This document shows positions 18,859 to 31,466 of a stretch of DNA of 64,000 bases, in pieces (positions within the stretch are counted from its first letter, which is position 1; each line of letters begins with the position of its first letter). The DNA is from Amoebidium appalachense. Taxonomy: Eukaryota > Protista > Ichthyosporea. The position numbers were made by a program, and so were the translations under genes. The notes beneath the pieces were generated by a model. The model saw only the letters and a list, made by a program, of their open reading frames with translations. It had not been told where the DNA came from and searched no databases. The DNA lies in contig CAVNZM010000001.1 in assembly GCA_963693365.1 (NCBI GenBank), forward strand, positions 4,666,907 through 4,730,906, in the 5' to 3' direction.

Positions 18859-19494
18859 TACTTCCCTCCAACTCACCTTTGGACACGATCCTGTGTATCA
18901 TTCATTTCTTTGTGACAGGGGATTCTATTGGTTGAATTCTGTAGTAGTCTGCTGTGTATAACCTATCCCTCCCCATACTTCTCCATACACTCGCCCGCCC
19001 GTGTGTGCTTTGCAGGTTATGCATCGTGTGGTCTGTGGTGAATGTGTACGTCCTTCTTTTCACATATTTCAACCCCCCCCCCCCCCCCCCCCTCCCCCGG
19101 GTGTTGTCCTTCGTGAACATCGACTTGGTTATGACACTTTCTGACCTCTGATCTACCCCACCCCCCCCCCCCCCCCTGCTCCTCCCCGTGCAGTCAGTTC
19201 AACCTTGAGGAGTGGAAGCGCGTGTACAGCAACGACGACACGATCAGCAAGGCCATCCCGTGGTTCTGGGAGCACTACGACCCCGAGGGCTTCACCATTG
19301 TGTTTGCCGAGTACATGTACCCGGACGAGCTCACCCAGATCTTCATGACGGCCAACCTTGTCAGCGGCATGTTCCAGCGCCTCGACTCCATCCGCAAGTT
19401 CGTCTTCGGCTCCGTGCTCATCTTCGGCGAGAACAAGAACAACACCATCAAGGGTGTCTGGATCTTCCGCGGCAAGGACTGGATCTTTGACGTA

Positions 19495-19527
<33 letters not shown>

Positions 19528-20068
19528 ACCCATGCACCCACACACACACACACACACACACCACACACACACACACCAAAAAAAGCTGCCCCTTAACCTT
19601 TTTCCTTGCTGTGTTTGTACATTATCACTTGTACTCTGCACCACTTTGCACACTCGCCACCCTTTTGCCGTCCATACAAGCTTACCTTCGACAAACAATC
19701 ACTCCTCGACATGCAGTTACTCCTCCACATACAAAGCACACAACACCATCATCCCTTCTTTTAGCCTGGTGCACAGAATATAACTACTTGTAATTGAGGT
19801 TATGCACACACACACACACAACACATCTGACACACAGTCCCGCACAGAAAACCGAGTGCAACATCGACTCGCCGTCATACAAGTGGACCACGCTTGACCC
19901 CGCTGCGCCGGAGACCAAGGAGCTCGTCAACCAATACTGGTCGTGGGGCGAGACAAAGCCCTTCGATGGCCCCCTGGCCTTCAACCAGGGCAAGGTCCGT
20001 GCCTCTCCGCCCTCTCTTGCTTTTTGCATAGGGCACACTTTCTGTCTTTCAATGCAGTGGTTGTTTAT

Positions 20069-20112
<44 letters not shown>

Positions 20113-20562
20113 AACCAAAAAAAAAAAAAAGAAAAAGAAAAGAAAAGAAAGAAGAAAGCACCAACATAAACAGTAATTTGCAAGCCAACTTTGCTGCTGT
20201 GTGTGGGGACCTAAGGTGAATTAAGTGTTTGTAAGGACGCCGACACTCTGTCTTCTATAGAGGTGTTTATATGCTTGCACCCGAAAATGATAACCCATGT
20301 GGTGTTTCCAGCTCTGCAAATACTTCGACGCATGATAAGGCTCATATTGGTGTTTCATCCTTCCCCCCGTGGGGTGGGGGGGGGGGGGGGGGGAAGATGG
20401 TGTGGGGGTGTGGGGTTAGGTTGTATCTGTGGCCGTAGGCGTGAGTGACTTGCTGGTGGTTTGTGTGGCGGTGGTGGTGATGGTGGTTTTGGGGAAATTT
20501 GCACTTTGGCTCACTTGGGCAACTGCTGACTGTGGGCCTACACACTGCAGGTGTTCAAGTAA
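13338..20562 (+). CDS. EEF1G: Translation elongation factor 1-gamma (eEF1Bgamma), 11 coding exons
   Basis: Exons 13338-13346, 14207-14329, 14949-15048, 15578-15720, 16299-16361, 16751-16831, 17641-17770, 18517-18814, 19194-19491, 19848-19994, 20551-20562, all GT-AG and in phase. [74 protein letters not shown] are diagnostic of the GST-like and C-terminal EF1G domains. Confidence 0.97.
16990..17135 (+). mobile_element. Diverged retroelement end related to families A/B, in EEF1G intron 6
   Basis: CCTGAGGATGGGCCCTGCCTTTTGCATACT matches CCTGAGGATGGGCTCTGCTTATTATGCATACT of family A; ends at a C-run. Confidence 0.5.
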
Positions 20563-21302
20563 GTCTCGGGCCATATTTTGTTGTAGAAGGGTGCACCGGC
20601 GACCGCGGCATGTATGTGGCCTCCTGGCTGGGGCTGTGGCCCAGCCCACCCACCGGCCATATGTATAGAATTTAATAAAAAGGGCATGTCTTGCATAACG
20701 CCTGGCATGCCACGTGATTTTTACAAATTTGCTTACTCATACACGCACGGTCAGTTGGCGAGTGTTCAAACATCCAATTACAGTTGATTTTTGTTGGTCT
20801 GTGTCAGAGATTTCACAAGACAACACTTCCGCCAACGCTGTACCACTGACTGACATAATCATGATCACGGTGTGTGCATCTCTCTATATGCTCATAAGTA
20901 TGCGCGTTGCTGCCCAAATGACTGATATTAGATGTTTTGGTCTCGATAAGTGTTTTCCACTATGCATATGTATGTGTAGCTACAGTGCATGCTGAAGCAT
21001 TCTGATAACAGCGAGCAGCTCTCCGGTGGGATAGAACAGTGACATCGTGATCACGGCTGCGTGTACATCAGATATCGATGTAGTACATCGAAATTCCTAA
21101 TATGTTAGAAACTTTCACAACTGGTTGGGTCTATTGGTGGTGATGAACCCGAACTCTGACTACAGTAATCAACAACACCGTGCGTGACTCGGTGTCGTTA
21201 CGGTATTGTGCCCATTTTTTCAGGCTGGTCGACATGTACAGGCAGGTGTGCATGGCAGCTGTGCTTGGAAAGTTTGCTACTCACGATCTGATCCATGCGA
21301 AT

Positions 21303-22741
21303 CAAGGCCTCCTAAATACCACACCGGGCCGAGGCACGGGGTCGTCACATATGAGACGTGACGTCATCAAGAGTAGGGTTAGCTTCCAGCCGAGATCAGC
21401 GAAATGATTGGCCAACTGAGGAACGCGCGAAACCCAGTAAAGGCGATTTCGATTGGATAGGAGGTTTTTGACTGCCATTTATTGATTGGACAATACAGCA
21501 AATGGCGGGCTTTTGGTGTTCTTTGTATACTCGGGAAATTGTGGGGTACCAACATTAAGGATAAGGCAAAACCAACAATATTAGTATCTAGTCTGTTTTA
21601 ATAGCTTTATGAAATAACAAATACGTCAAAGCGCTCATTTATGTAACATTTAAATGGTTTATGCCGTTTTTTTTGGCGTTTAAAATATTTTAGGGAGTTA
21701 TTTAAGGGGTTAAGACTTTAAGTTGACGTAAGTACAATTATTTCATCAATCCCCATCGATCTCTCGTTGTGATCTAGGGGGCTGTGTGCCGGCCGCTTGT
21801 GTTGCTGCTACACGTGGAAAAGTAACTATTTCTTTGCCACCACTTTACGTGAAGTGCTCCTGCATTATATATAAAAAAGGCTGGGCAGTGCCACTTTGGC
21901 CACGCCCAGCCGCTACGCAGATGCCAAGATCTTGTGCTGTCTACGGCTGCACAACTAATTACAAAGGGCACGAGAGTGCATCTTGTTTTGCTTTTCCTAA
22001 CAAAACTAAAGAGCCGGAGCGTTTTCACAAGTGGGTCAGTTTCTGCAAACGCCAAGACTTAACGGTAAATAGTAACACAAGCTGTATAGGTATTTGTATC
22101 AAACATTTTAGGCCCGAACAACTTGACCTAGGTTTTGACTACAAAGATCCTAAAACAGATATATCTCGGTTTATTAAACATTCCCACCCGAGGTGCAAAG
22201 AGAATCAGATTCCTTGCATTTTCAACACAGAACTGAATATAGTCATAGAGGAAAAGACACCCAGGAGAAACCCAGAGGATAGACGAGAAGAGCAAAACAA
22301 ACGAGCAAAGCTCCAGGAAGAGGCTGAGAAGGCCCGGCTAGAACAACTTGACACCATACACTCGTTCAGCGAGTTGTGCGACAACTTCTTAGACCGTCTA
22401 AATAGCGGAGGTTTATTGGCGGCGCACGCCGCGGACGACGGCCCCAGCGCCAGCGACGACGTGGAGGCTGTGCTCGAGGAGGAGGACTTCGACGTTTTCT
22501 CGTTTTTGAACGACGACGCACTGGGTGCGTTGTGTGAGACTTAGGCAGTTATAGGCAGTGATGATTGCGTTTGGTAGTTTAGCGTAATGTTTGCACAAGT
22601 TTTGCACTAAAATTAGTCTGATGTAGGAGACCCCGGAGGGGCACGTAAGATTTCAGTGTTCGATCACCCTACTCTTTACACGTAATCTGGAGTATTAGTC
22701 TATTGCGTGCCTCGGCCCGGTGTGGTATTTAGGAGGCCTTG
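21303..22741 (+). mobile_element. Non-autonomous P-element superfamily DNA transposon, 1439 bp
   Basis: Perfect 36-bp TIRs CAAGGCCTCCTAAATACCACACCGGGCCGAGGCACG at 21303-21338 and 22706-22741; 8-bp TSD ATGCGAAT at 21295-21302 and 22742-22749; subterminal inverted repeat AAGAGTAGGGT (21369-21379) / ACCCTACTCTT (22666-22676); THAP ORF inside. Confidence 0.93.
21921..22544 (+). CDS. THAP zinc-finger protein (internally deleted P transposase), 207 aa
   Basis: MPRSCAVYGC...FAFP...KW...ICIKHF...IPCIF is the THAP C2CH signature, followed by a coiled-coil-like EEQNKRAKLQEEAEKARLEQL and an acidic tail. TATATAAAA near 21868. No catalytic RNase H-like region. Confidence 0.88.
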   Translation: MPRSCAVYGCTTNYKGHESASCFAFPNKTKEPERFHKWVSFCKRQDLTVNSNTSCIGICIKHFRPEQLDLGFDYKDPKTDISRFIKHSHPRCKENQIPCIFNTELNIVIEEKTPRRNPEDRREEQNKRAKLQEEAEKARLEQLDTIHSFSELCDNFLDRLNSGGLLAAHAADDGPSASDDVEAVLEEEDFDVFSFLNDDALGALCET

Positions 22742-23649
22742 ATGCGAATGCAGCTACAGGGGCTGTTTCGGTCAGTGTGCGTGATCCCTCTTCCGGTAGG
22801 CAGGCATGCCGCCGGCAAGCGACTAGCAATCAGCCGCTATAAATAGCATAGATCACGTGATAGCGCAAAATGATTGGTTAGTGCGGCATTGGTATGTGTC
22901 CCGTAATGTTGCTGGCTGAGATGTGCCGATTGTTGCGATGGACCTGATCGACGATTGCAATTCAGCACCGACGATCGGGAGCCGTCCGCGGCCGGTACTA
23001 ACCCCGTGATCATCCTGGGACGGAGGACGAGCTCGAAAAAAAAAACATGTCGTTTTTGAACATAAGATTCACAATAGACAGCGGCTATGCGATTAAAAAT
23101 AAAAATTAATATATCCCACAAGAGTTTAAAGGTTTAATAAAGGAAACAGAATTTACGTTTCACAAGCTGCCATGAGCAGAACGCCACTACTAACCGCCAA
23201 GGACCACAATGGATACCTCATTTTGAATCGCTTTGCAAGGAATGTCATTGTTATGATCGGGCGCACTTTGGAACACGATCGGCAGTCCAAAAGTGCTACA
23301 TGTATCCCAATTTAAGCGAGATAGATGAACGTTCATCCAATCAAACATTATTGTCAATTTGATTGGCCGGATGGAGAGAGGCAAAAACAATGCCTGCCCT
23401 TTGTGTGCGTAAGGCGTTTGAGGCCACAGTTCCTCTGTTCTTCTGGGTGTAGTTTTCTGAGGTTGGAACTCTATCTTCCCCTCATCTATCACCCCCCCTC
23501 TGTTCCTCTCTTCCGCTAGCACCTGTTCCTTGTGTTCTAACCTCCCACAGGAACAGTTTCAGTAGTTGCTCCAAACACACACACAAGAGAAAGCGCTCAC
23601 CCCAACACACACACACGCAGACACAACGGTTGGACAAGCACCGATGCGC

Positions 23650-23685
<36 letters not shown>

Positions 23686-23692
23686 CCACATG

Positions 23693-23734
<42 letters not shown>

Positions 23735-24104
23735 CGCGCGCGCACGCGCGCTTGGGCACACACACGCACACACACACACGCACGCAAATACACACAATGT
23801 GCTTTTTTTTCACGCACACACGCCCCAAAAAAGACTGGGGTTACAGAAAAAGCGAAAACGCACCGACTTGCCAACGCCGACTGGGCCTCTGTTATGTTCA
23901 GTTTAGACCTAACAATAAATACGCGCGTACAGGCAGGCAGGCACACGAAGTCGCACACTAGCCCTGTATAACCATGTAGGCCCTCGCTTGACTCTTTGGA
24001 GGGGAAGAGCTACTGTAGCGAGGAAATTCCACACCCAGTCGTCTACGTAACAGGACATACACATCGTTTATGCTCTCGTCTGTGCGCCTGCACCTTTTCT
24101 ACAG

Positions 24105-24352
24105 GCACAGAATGGTGCAAGGTAGTCAAGGAAAACGTCTGAAAGTATTGCCGTGTAACCTGTGGTTTGAGGTAGATTGCAAGAAAGAAAACCTGCCGGA
24201 CTGTAATTGATAGAATTTGGGTCTAGGCTAGTATACACAACAACTTTTAAGATCAAGTTTCACACACCCACACAACCACACACGCACCCAAACGTGCCGT
24301 TTCCCACTCACCCACATACACAACCACTCACTTACCTCCCTTCCCCTCACCC

Positions 24353-24419
<67 letters not shown>

Positions 24420-24466
24420 CGCACACACGCGTGCGCGCAACATCCACACACATCCACACACGCAAA

Positions 24467-24537
<71 letters not shown>

Positions 24538-24566
24538 AGCGCAACATCCACACACGAATACACACG

Positions 24567-24622
<56 letters not shown>

Positions 24623-26178
24623 GTTTTGCTGCCACCGTGTTGGCACGAACTCAACCTCCCCCAGCCGAGCACGGGTCCCCGCCACAAAGGGGTCCCAACG
24701 TCGCTAATCTAGAGGCATTCGAAAACATCGTTTTGACCTCCAAGACACCTTCGTGTCCCCGTCTCTGTCTGACGCCGTGTCGCGCTGCCACAGTGTTGGC
24801 ACAGACCGGTGCAGGCTTTGGCAGGATTTGTGGACTTGTGTTGTTCTGTTGCGTGGAAAGAAGGCCAAAATAGATAGGTGGGTGCTGGCGTGCTGCCGGG
24901 TTTGCTGATTGCTTTCTTTGGTTTGGGTATGGCGCATACAAAGACGGAATAGGGTGTGCATGGGGATAAGCATGGCTGACTTCTTTGTATCCAAGCAAAT
25001 TTGTTGAGGTACAGCAACTAGGAAAGTTCAGTTATCAGCAAGGGATATGTAATCTCTTAACGTAGATAATCCCTCCTCCCCCCCCCCCCCCCCCCCCCTC
25101 CCCCCGCAGCCCCTCCTCCCCATTTAAAAGGTCCCCCTACTTCTCCCCTTGCGCAACCAATCAGTTGGGTGTGTGCTTCAAAGTGCATAGCAGGCTTTGT
25201 AGTCTATTCCGCATGAATGCATGTCTTATGGCCCTACATACGGCTGAAGATCACCCTTTTCCAGGAATCAATGTCGAAAAGCAAGAAAAATGCAAGCAGG
25301 TGCGAGGGGTTACTATCAAACTATGCCGGCGGGCCGCCCGACCGCAAACCGGTAACATACCCCCCCCCCCCCCCCCCCCCCCCCCCCTTCCCCCCTTTCC
25401 TTCGAAATTAATGAAAATAATAAAACATAAATGAATGATAATGAGGTGAATATAGATGGCAACACTTTCGTGCTGACACGTACCGACACATCAACACTTC
25501 TGCTATACACGCATTAACCAAACCAACAGGGTACATGACTTTCCGGTCAGATTGTAATAGGTGCATACGTTCTGATGAGCACATGTGTTTTGCAGGTTCT
25601 GGTCGCCGACCGAGTATGAGCAGACACAACAGCACGAGGGGGGTGGGCCAATTCGTGGCTCGACCCGTTACTCCGATTCGAGTCCCACCTATTCGAGTCC
25701 CACCTACGCAAATCCCAACCATCCCTATCCCCACCCCCACCAGGACTATCCACTGCACTCCGCTCCCGTTACCCATTCGAAGAGCCACCTTTCACCGAAC
25801 ACCATCCCGAACCTTGTAACGTCTCCCCCCGGACCGCCGCGACCGATTCGGGCCGGGTCGAGCAGCCCGATTGACATAGCCAACCGCCGTGGGTATTCTC
25901 GTTCCCCTGTCGGGGATCAGAGCCCCACTAGTAATGCATCGGGGAACAATGAGGGCACGGGCAGTGTTGGGCGCTATCGTGACACACACATCATGTCGGA
26001 GCAGAAGAGACGCAACAATATAAAGGATGGTTTTGATGGCCTGCAGCAGCTGGTGCCCGGATGCCCCCCCAATGCTACAAAGGCCGATATCTTGCGCATG
26101 GGTGGGTGGGTGTGTTTTGTGTTGTGTGTGTGTGTGTGAGGGGGGGAGGGGGGGGGGGGGGGGGGAGGGGGGGTGGAT

Positions 26179-26232
<54 letters not shown>

Positions 26233-26956
26233 CGCGCCTGTTTGTATGGGCCTGGTGTGAGATAGTGCTGCATGATATGAGTCGGAATACGGGTGGGCTT
26301 TTGTGTGTTTGTGGGTGGTTGTGGGTGCCTGCTTGTGCCTTTCCTTAATTTTTAAAATGAATGTATGCTCATGCATTGCGGGAATGTGTGCTCATGTAGG
26401 CATGGATGGATGAGTGTTGTTGGACGTGAAAGTGCATGCACCATAGCATACAAACAGCCAGGACACGCACACTTACGTTCTATACGTGCAGCATGGCCCT
26501 ACTCATACGCGTACGTGCACGTGCACACATGTCAAACATGTTAACAGGTGCGCCTGCACAGTGCGTGCTCACTACCCAAACATCACGTATGTGTTTCTTT
26601 TCCTACTGCCCATCTACAGCAATGGATAACAATCACATGCACGCATCCAGCAACCGTACACACCTGCACTAACGTTACCGGCCTCCCTTCATGCACCAGA
26701 TGTCGTAGAGCTCACATTTCACACGCTCTGACATGCCTGTACATTGACATGCACACAAACTGCACACACCGAACCACAAAATCATTCACGTCCTCCCCCC
26801 CCCCCCCCCCCCTTCCCTAAGGGCACTACTCCGTAGATTGGGGCCCCATTGAGAATGGTCTACCTATAATGCATACTCCTGGTGTTTGCCTTTTAGCAAA
26901 CCGGGTTGTGTTTTCGGTCGTGGATGTATACCTCGTACTCTTTGTAACACATTCTT

Positions 26957-26993
<37 letters not shown>

Positions 26994-27545
26994 AAGTATC
27001 GACTTAGGTATCGACGGGGGAGCTTCCTAGAAGCCCCGTCTCCTGAGTTCCTATCTATATTTTTCTTGCTTCTGCTTACTGCTGCAACTTTAACCCCCGG
27101 CCTTTCCCACTGCCCTTGCCTGCATAAGCAACCCTGCTCGTCTCTGATCAAGACGGGTGACCTACTCATGTTCAAGTGAAACAGTATCTGAGTTGGGTTT
27201 CGTTAACGAGGGGAATAGGTCGAAACTCGGGTACTGTGGATGACGTGGGCCCCCCCTGAGGATGGGCTCTGCTTATTATGCATACTCTTTATGTATGGCT
27301 TGCATTCTGCATCGTGTTATCCGTTTGTTCTTGTGTACTTCGTACTTTTTGACGCATTCAAAACCCCCCCCCTTGCAGCACGGGACCACATCACGCACCT
27401 GCAGGCCGGGGAGACTGGGCGCAGCAATGACAGTGAGCAGGTGGAGGAGCTGAGGCGCAAACTGGCCGTGGCCAATGGCCTGGTGGACTCACTGACCAGG
27501 CAGAAGGCTCAGCTGGCCGGCCAGAAGGATATGCTGGCTATGCAG

Positions 27546-27613
<68 letters not shown>

Positions 27614-27878
27614 GTGTCTATGTTTGGGGGGGGGGGGGGGGGGGGGGGGAGGGGGAAGGGGGGGGGGAAGGGGGTGGGTGGATGGATGTGTGTATGGGGG
27701 GAAAGGGGCTGGGTTGTGGGTGGACGGGTGTTGGATGTGGCAGTTTGTGTGTTTGTGTATGTGCCTGGGTGGGTTTGTGCCTGTGTGTGTGTGGTGTGTG
27801 CGCTTGTGTGTGCTTTGTACAGGCAGGCGGGCGTGTGTGTGTGCGTGTGTAGGGGCTGACATGCGTGTGTTCGTTCGT

Positions 27879-27925
<47 letters not shown>

Positions 27926-28130
27926 GGGGGGGGGGTCTTATTGGTTTTTTTTTCTTTCTTTCTTTCTCTTTTTCTTCTTCTTCTTCTTTTTTTTTTTTTT
28001 TTTTGGGAGAAGGGGGGGGGGGGGGGGGTTGTATTTGCGGCCGGGGTTGGGTTTGCAGGGCTAGGTGGTGGTTTTTGTTTGTTGGTAGTGTGGTGGGAAA
28101 GAGATGCGATCGTGGACGTGACGGTGGTGG

Positions 28131-28204
<74 letters not shown>

Positions 28205-28514
28205 TTTCTCTGGCGTGTGTTTGTGGGTGGGGGGGGGGGGGGGGGGGGAGGGAGGGGGGATGGTGGGATGGAGGGGGGCAAAGGAGAGTCAGATACGGGG
28301 GGTTGTCTGTGTGGTTGGGGGTATTTTGGCAGGCCTAGGTGGTGGCCTTTGTTTTGTGGTGATGTGGTGGCTAAAGGAATGGGATCGTGCACATGACGGT
28401 GGTCGTGGTGGTGATGTGTTTCTGTCGGCTTGTGTATCTGTCCATGTCTGCATGTGTGTGAGTGTGCGTGCGTGTGTGCGTGTGTTCGTGCGTTCTTGCG
28501 TGCGTGTACCCCCC

Positions 28515-28549
<35 letters not shown>

Positions 28550-28630
28550 AGATTTCTTTCTTTTCTTTTCTCTTTTTTTTTTTTTTTTCCTTTTTTTCTT
28601 TTCTTTTTTTTTTTGTTGTTGTTGTTGTTG

Positions 28631-28663
<33 letters not shown>

Positions 28664-28912
28664 ATTGTGGGCTTGTTTGTGGGTGTTGCCGGGAGGTTAC
28701 ACGGTCTATATTTTACCGGGCGTTTGAGGTGGGGGGACACGAAAGACTATTTTAATGTTTGGGTGGTGGTAGTCGAAGGTGGGGGAGAGACACCATATGC
28801 TCTTGCAGGCCTTCCTGGGTCATGTACCTCAAGATCATGCAAGGACACAGGTGGATGTGGTGGGTGAAAACGTTTTTTTGTCGTTTGGGGTAATATTGGA
28901 CCCCCCGTTCCC

Positions 28913-28949
<37 letters not shown>

Positions 28950-28952
28950 AAC

Positions 28953-28999
<47 letters not shown>

Positions 29000-29300
29000 C
29001 GCGCGCGCGCGCGTATGTGTTAGGTGCCAAAGAACCGGGAAGTTTTTATAACTGGGATGTGTCGCCCTGGGGATGATATCAGCCCAAGGTCAATTATCCT
29101 GTGTGCTCACACGTGGTCCATTCTCTCAGGTCGAACAGCTGCGCCGTGAAAACGAGGAGCTCCTTCGCCGGTTTGGCATCAAGACCCCTTCGCCTGCTTG
29201 GGCCGAAGCACACAGCCGTCCCGACAGCCCGGATAAGGATAGCTCCAGAGATACCGGTGACCACAACTCTTTCCACTATGGCAATGTCAACGAGGGAGAG
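24105..29300 (+). CDS. bHLH-leucine zipper transcription factor, Mlx/Mondo/Max-like; first and last exons uncertain
   Basis: Firm exons 25596-26101, 27379-27545, 29130-29300; possible upstream exons 24105-24121 and 24624-24752. [27 protein letters not shown]...[16 protein letters not shown] is a class B (H-E-R) bHLH, followed by heptad repeats ([14 protein letters not shown]). Confidence 0.85.
26817..26957 (+). mobile_element. Short retroelement 3' end between C-runs (family C)
   Basis: GGGGCCCCATTGAGAATGGTCTACCTATAATGCATACTC and terminal CCTCGTACTCTTTGTAACACATTCTTA(C)n parallel the family A/B 3' ends. Confidence 0.55.
26993..27363 (+). mobile_element. Family A repeat (putative Penelope-like pLTR/3' region) flanked by poly(C)
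   Basis: Near-identical inverted copy at 56959-57317 and partial copy at 59077-59216; C-runs at 26958-26992 and 27364-27372. Confidence 0.85.
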
Positions 29301-30669
29301 GTGCGCAGGGAGACCGGGCAAGGGGGTGGTGAGATTGGGAAAGCGTCGGGAAATGGGATGGGGGGGAGTCGTGGGAAGCGTGTTGCTGTGGGTAGCTACA
29401 TGCATTATTACCAACTGTCTCCGGTGTCTACGGGGGTGGTGGGTGAGTGAGTTTTCATGGGCTGTGAAGTTGTGTCTGTGGCCGCCCCTCGCACCATGTT
29501 ACATCCCGCTAAAAGAAAAAAGAAAAAGAAGGATGGAAAAGAAGGTAGCAGATTGTGGGCATGAAATATTGGCATGCCACTGTGTAGAGAAGTAAAATGT
29601 TTTTTTAGAAGTGTTGGAGGAGAGTGAGAGTTGAGCGACTTAGATGTGTTGCATGACGTTGTAAATTTTTTTGTGTCGTTTTTCAGATACCACTGTTCTT
29701 TATGCCTTGTTTTTTTTGCTCCTTTGGAAATAATTCCCCTCTCCCTTTACGATTACTATTGGTCCCGCGGCTGGGGACAAAGTGTGTTTTGCACAAGCAC
29801 ACTGCTTGAGAAGTGTGAAAAGGCATGTTATATCTCGGCGGGTGAGGTAGCCTAATATGCAACATTTTAGCAGCAATCAGGGATAAGAGGTGTGTACATT
29901 GGCTTTCTGGTGCGCGTAGGGGTTATTTTCTCGTCCCCGTAAGTTATTTTCATTGTGGCGTCACCAAAGCACATCCGGTCCAGGCGGCTGTATGTGCCGC
30001 CATAAATCGGTGCTGGTCAATCCCACAAACGACATATCTCCTTTACGAAAAAATTGCTTCCCGGGCTTTGACGCTTTGCCATGTGGCCACCTTCAGAGTG
30101 TTCATGCATACAAGAATTGTCCCCTCGAGGCTCCCTTTTCCCCCGCCCCTCTTCCTCCTCCTCCGCCTGCTCCTCAACCATCCATATACCCACCCACCCG
30201 GTTGAACATCCACCACGCATTGATTGACTCAGCCGCGGCAGTCAATCAACTGAGAAAGACTATGCTCCCCTGGCTGTAAAGCTCTAACGTTGATGGCGAA
30301 CTCGAACAGGCACGTGCACGACACTGCCTGGGGAATCTGTGCACCTTTCCCGCCAGTGTCCGTCATGCGCATGCCCGACCTGTCACCGTGTACATAATCG
30401 TAAGCCAATTAAAAGAAGTCATACTTAAACATAAACCCCTTAACCATACGGATGATGTAACCTTATAAAGCAACCGCGCGCTTTGAAGTTTGGAGCCAGC
30501 GCTGGCCCATACTTGAAAGCACGCTGCCGGCCCCGGATCCGGAAGTTGGAACCTTGCAGAATTCGTAGCTAGCTTGTTCAACCTCAGAAACCGAAACCTT
30601 GCTTTGACCTGAAACGAAGCCTGAGCACTCTGATAATACACGGGGCAATTTCTATTTTCAAACAGCACA

Positions 30670-31393
30670 ATGCAGGGGCTTGCAAGGGCAGGGCAACAGT
30701 TGCTCACACACACCACAGCCTGCTTGAAGCAGACCCTCCCTCGCACCCTTGCAAGGAGCCTTTACACAAACAGCCATGTGGCAACTCAGTTATCACGTTG
30801 CTTGGGAACGGGTAGCCTAAGAGCAGCCAGACTAAGCAGTGTAAATGCATGCCAAAGCACACAGGCTACAGTCTCTTTTAGAGGGTTTTCCACCAGTGGG
30901 AGTAGTAGAGACACAGAGAAAGCAGGGGTGGATGGAGAAAAAGAAGTACAAGCTAAGGATGAGGATGTTGTGGTACAAGCTAAGGAGGAGAATGTTGTCA
31001 TACAAGTGAAGGAGGAGGATGCCGACACGGAGGCAGCGCTTGGCAGTGCTGTAATAGAAGAACGCAAACCTGAAGGTGCGTGTGTGAACAGAGCTTATCT
31101 TGTGGAATAAGTGCTTTATTCGTGCTTGTCTTAGTGCTGTTTTTGGCTTGGAACACAAAACGGAACCGGGTTACCCCCCCCCACGATTATTAGAACAACA
31201 CAAAAAAACCAACAGGTGTTGCCTGCCATTTTTCTTCGCTTGAACACACACCTGAGCGTGTGCACATGTCTACATACACACACACAGGCGCACTCACCAA
31301 AGCTCATGTCTGCCATCCCTACCTCGCTCCCTCCCTCCGTCCCTCCCCCGCTACCCCCTCCTTCCCTTCCCGTCACCCTCACGCTCTTCCTTC

Positions 31394-31466
<73 letters not shown>

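Noticed and set aside
27120-27250. 5S rRNA or 7SL-derived SINE (short resemblances CTCGTCT..GATC and AGGTCGAAACTC...GTACTG)
   Set aside because: Matches are short and not colinear over the length of either RNA; no SRP helix 8 motif or 5S internal promoter spacing.
27215-27275. Hammerhead ribozyme from CTGAGGA and CGAAAC in families A/B
   Set aside because: No stem II can be formed between CTGAGGA and GAAA in any permutation I tried, and GAAAC is taken up in another helix.
27235-27280. SECIS element or box C/D RNA (ATGA...CTGA)
   Set aside because: No apical AA motif or GA quartet at SECIS spacing, the C-to-D distance is too short, and the RT frame shows no in-frame TGA.
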